64,000 nucleotides of DNA from Catajapyx aquilonaris. Its lineage: Eukaryota. The notes below the pieces were generated by a model. The model saw nothing but the letters and a program-made list of their open reading frames with translations. It had not been told where the DNA came from and did not search any database. The stretch is from contig JYFJ02000929.1 of NCBI GenBank assembly GCA_000934665.2, forward strand, positions 1 through 64,000, given 5' to 3'. Shown piece by piece: positions 60,930-64,000 of this stretch. The position numbers and the translations under genes are program-made. Within the stretch, counting starts at the first letter, position 1; every line of letters begins with the position of its first letter.

Positions 60930-62040
60930 CTAATATATGCCCGTATTGTGAAACACTACTTGTGGACCTTTCTCCCGCCTGCACATGGCCATAAAATCCC
61001 GGAGAAAACCTTGGCATTCATGCCCGATGTGTAATGATCGGACAGGATCAATCACCCATTTCGATATGAAATTTCGGAGGAAATCCAAGCTGATTTCATG
61101 ATTGTAAGTGATGTGGAGTGTGCGAAGAGCAGGGCAGTTGTCTGCGATGAGACACAGACATGGTTCGGACATTGTGGCGCCAATCAGGCTCAGATTCTCC
61201 AGACGACCAACGACTTCTTTTCTGGTCAGGAATTGGCGCAGACCTTCAGGGGTCAAGCAGAGAGCTGCTTTAAGTTTGAGGTCACGCAGGTTGGTCAGCG
61301 ATCCGACTCCATCCAGCAAGCTTTCGTTGCTCAAGTCAGAGGCGTTTTCAATCTTCAGCACTTGCACTTGTCGCCAATTGGCCAATGGCAACCAACCATA
61401 TTCGCCCAGTTGATCGACATGCAGCTTCTCCAGCTGGGGTCCAATTTTTGTCAGCACTTCCATGTGCCACTTATAACCAGCCAGGCCTTCGACAGTCAGC
61501 TCTTTCAGAGAAGAGTAATTCCCAGGGATGCCTTGAGCAGGAGATGTAGGTGAATGCCAACAGAAGATATCCTTTATGGTCAACTTCTGCAGGTGATGGC
61601 ATGGGGAAAAGACACAGAGGAGTCCCAATCGTTTCGTTCCGGATGTGACGTCGAAAGAGATCAGTTCACACGTCTTGAGTTTCGTGCAGGATGCGACCAA
61701 GGCTTCGATGGTTTTTTCTTCGGCGGTGCAACCATCCAAGGTGAGTTCCTCCAGATGCGGGCAGTGATTGGCCACAGCTATCAAAATGTCGTCGCAACGT
61801 TGGCGGATCCCCTTCAACTGCAGTTTTTTCAACGACGGACACTTGCGCAGCTGAGCGACGCACATGTCTATGGGAAAATGGCTTGTCACCTCCATCGTCG
61901 TTCACACTCTGGAGTTGCTTCTGTCCAATCCTCGCAGACTCGTCAGGGAAGCACCATCAGCTTCTCTTCCGTGGTCAGATAGGAAAACACCTTCACCTTG
62001 ACATCAACAACAACTGACTTATTCTTGTAGAATGGCCATC
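60930..62040 (-). CDS. F-box/LRR family member with a disrupted F-box but an open 321-aa LRR ORF (61895-60930)
   Basis: The F-box reads VDVKVKVFSYLTTEEKLMVLP*RVCEDW (in-frame TGA), with a frameshift before MEVTSHFP. The LRR part is uninterrupted to its stop. Confidence 0.65.
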
Positions 62041-63859
62041 TGGCGCAAATGCTGCATCCATCATTTTCCTCGCACAAATGTCTCCAGCCTGAGGAATGTG
62101 AAGAGATGCTCCTATGCCTGAAACAAGGCATTTTACTCTATGAACATAAATACAGAAATGTTGTAACAAATAAAAATGTTAATTCCCTACAGAGTGTGGT
62201 GGGATCGTACATCATTGGAGAATTCATCGATTGGTTATTCCAGCTGAAACCATACAATTACAAGGAGAAGAACCAAGCACGACCAGTGAATCTGATGGGC
62301 CTATTAATTGTTCCTTTCAAGTCTCTATAAACTGGCTTTTTAAAAAACCGCACTTTATTTTTCGTCATTCGAGATGTTCTCCTGATCAGGACGAAAAATT
62401 TGTAAAAATCGACACTATCGCGTCATATTATGGGCGATTAGCATAATTAAAATTCGTTGGCAGCCAGACAACCGCACTTTCCTCAAAAAATATGCTCACA
62501 GCTCACTAACCAACATGTTGTCGTCCCGGATTAATAATATATTACTGTTGGCGCATTTATGTCGCATGTAACTTAAACCTGTTCAGTACAAAAATCTCTG
62601 ATGGGGATTCAGCCATTTTGTTACAGGCAGCTTACACAGTACCATACCGAATAATAAATTTCTTCACTTCCGCAAAAATCTCAGCACGTTTGTATACTTT
62701 TTCCCACAATCATGCAATACTGTAAGTTACATTGTGTATTCAAGTAATCAGTTCCAGGAAATGCTTGGGGCCTCGAGTCAGTCGAGTGATGCAAAATAAC
62801 CTGGTTGCTGGAGAAAGCAACAACAGCCTCAACATTGGACACTAATAGCATTGCAAAATACTTGTCACATTTATCCTCGCAGCCTGAACCCCTGCATACC
62901 AGTGTGTGATCACTCTTCAATGTCCTCTTCCACCTTCATGCCTTTCTCCAGGAATTATTGATGCGATTACCCTCCTTTTCCAACAATGTCTCACAATCAG
63001 ACTGGACCACTCCTCAACTACTGTCTTCCTGGCACCTCCGCTGGTCGCAAATGGCACAGGATGAGTGGAAGTCTGGTGACTGGTGAGCTTGTCCTTGGCT
63101 CCAGAGTTGCTTTGTTCATGTCTGTGCCTTATCTTCTTGCGTCATTGACTGGGCTCAACAGGCCACCTGCTTTGGTTTCTCTCGTGTAATAAGTTTAATA
63201 ATAATAATAATAATAAATAAATAAATAAATAATCACTCTCTAACCTACATGTACAAGTGTAAGCATAAAATGAACAATCACAAACATAAACAAAATGTGC
63301 GAGAACATTAAGACTGGTGAGAAAAATGTCATAATCTGGTGAGCGTCTTGTACTGCTGCTGGCAATCTTTTGGTTGGGTGAGTCAGAGCTGGTCACAGAG
63401 ACATGACAATTATTAGCTCCATGGCGTAATTAGATCGCAGTCCGTGAACCTCCTCCCAACGGAAACGAAATCGGAGGATTCCACATAACAGTGTAACATG
63501 ACACCAATTGGCTGCATGCCAGTCCCATCCAGTGGACAGTTGCTTATCAGAACATTGACCGATTATTTTTATTGCCAGCACCTCATCTAGCTGTGGGAAA
63601 GCAGAAATGAAGCAGATCTCACAGAACATGTACTGTACTTGGAAAAGGGCAGCCGGGTTAGTCACGTGTACAGAAATGAGTGCAATTACAACACTATCCT
63701 GGTCTACAAATAAAATGGGCTGCTGTGTTCTTCACTTTTGATGCCAACTTTTCCCACGGGTCATTCCCAACAATCTGAAATTGGCTGCATTTTTTTTGTT
63801 CGATGTTTTGTTTTGACTGGAACTCTTTGCTTTCATTTTACTTTGCTTTTTGGGATAGG

Positions 63860-64000
63860 ATAAGGAAGGAAGGAAGCTGCTGTGGCCTATTATTTAGGAA
63901 GCAATCCCAGAATTCTCCTGCGGGGACTGTGGGGAACCACAGAAAACCACGGTTAGGATTGCTGGCCCCAGGACTCAAACCCAGGACCTCCTGATTAGCA
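63860..64000 (-). mobile_element. tRNA-derived SINE (runs off the right edge)
   Basis: Minus strand GGAGGTCCTGGGTTTGAGTCCTGG (B-box-like), then GGTTTTCTGTGGTTCCCCACAGTCC..CAGG..AATTCTGGGAT..TAGGCCAC..GCTTCCTTCC, a body typical of insect SINEs. Confidence 0.7.

Overview
Eukaryotic, intron-containing, AT-rich genomic DNA, very probably from an insect or other arthropod (inferred from the gene families and a tRNA-derived SINE). The window is dominated by a tandem array of 12 gustatory-receptor-family (7tm_7) genes between 7.4 and 48.9 kb: 11 apparently intact and 1 pseudogene. All share a three-exon plan of one long exon 1, a 156-bp exon 2 and a 60-66-bp exon 3, with phase-0 introns. The array is flanked on the left by a five-exon rhodopsin-class GPCR of the Tre1/moody type. 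On the right it is flanked by a ~1200-aa painless-like TRPA channel with an unusually long ankyrin array. A second birth-and-death family of F-box/LRR genes (at least 7 copies or relics) is interleaved with these genes. In two copies the F-box was lost or broken independently while the LRR ORF stayed open. Mobile DNA includes a decayed piggyBac with a terminal MITE, a deleted hAT element with a perfect 8-bp TSD, several MITEs, Helentron-like elements carrying tandem repeats, a LINE tail and a SINE. There is also an orphan, frameshifted copine fragment. There is no prokaryotic system or CRISPR array. All assignments are from motif recognition by eye; no database searches were run.
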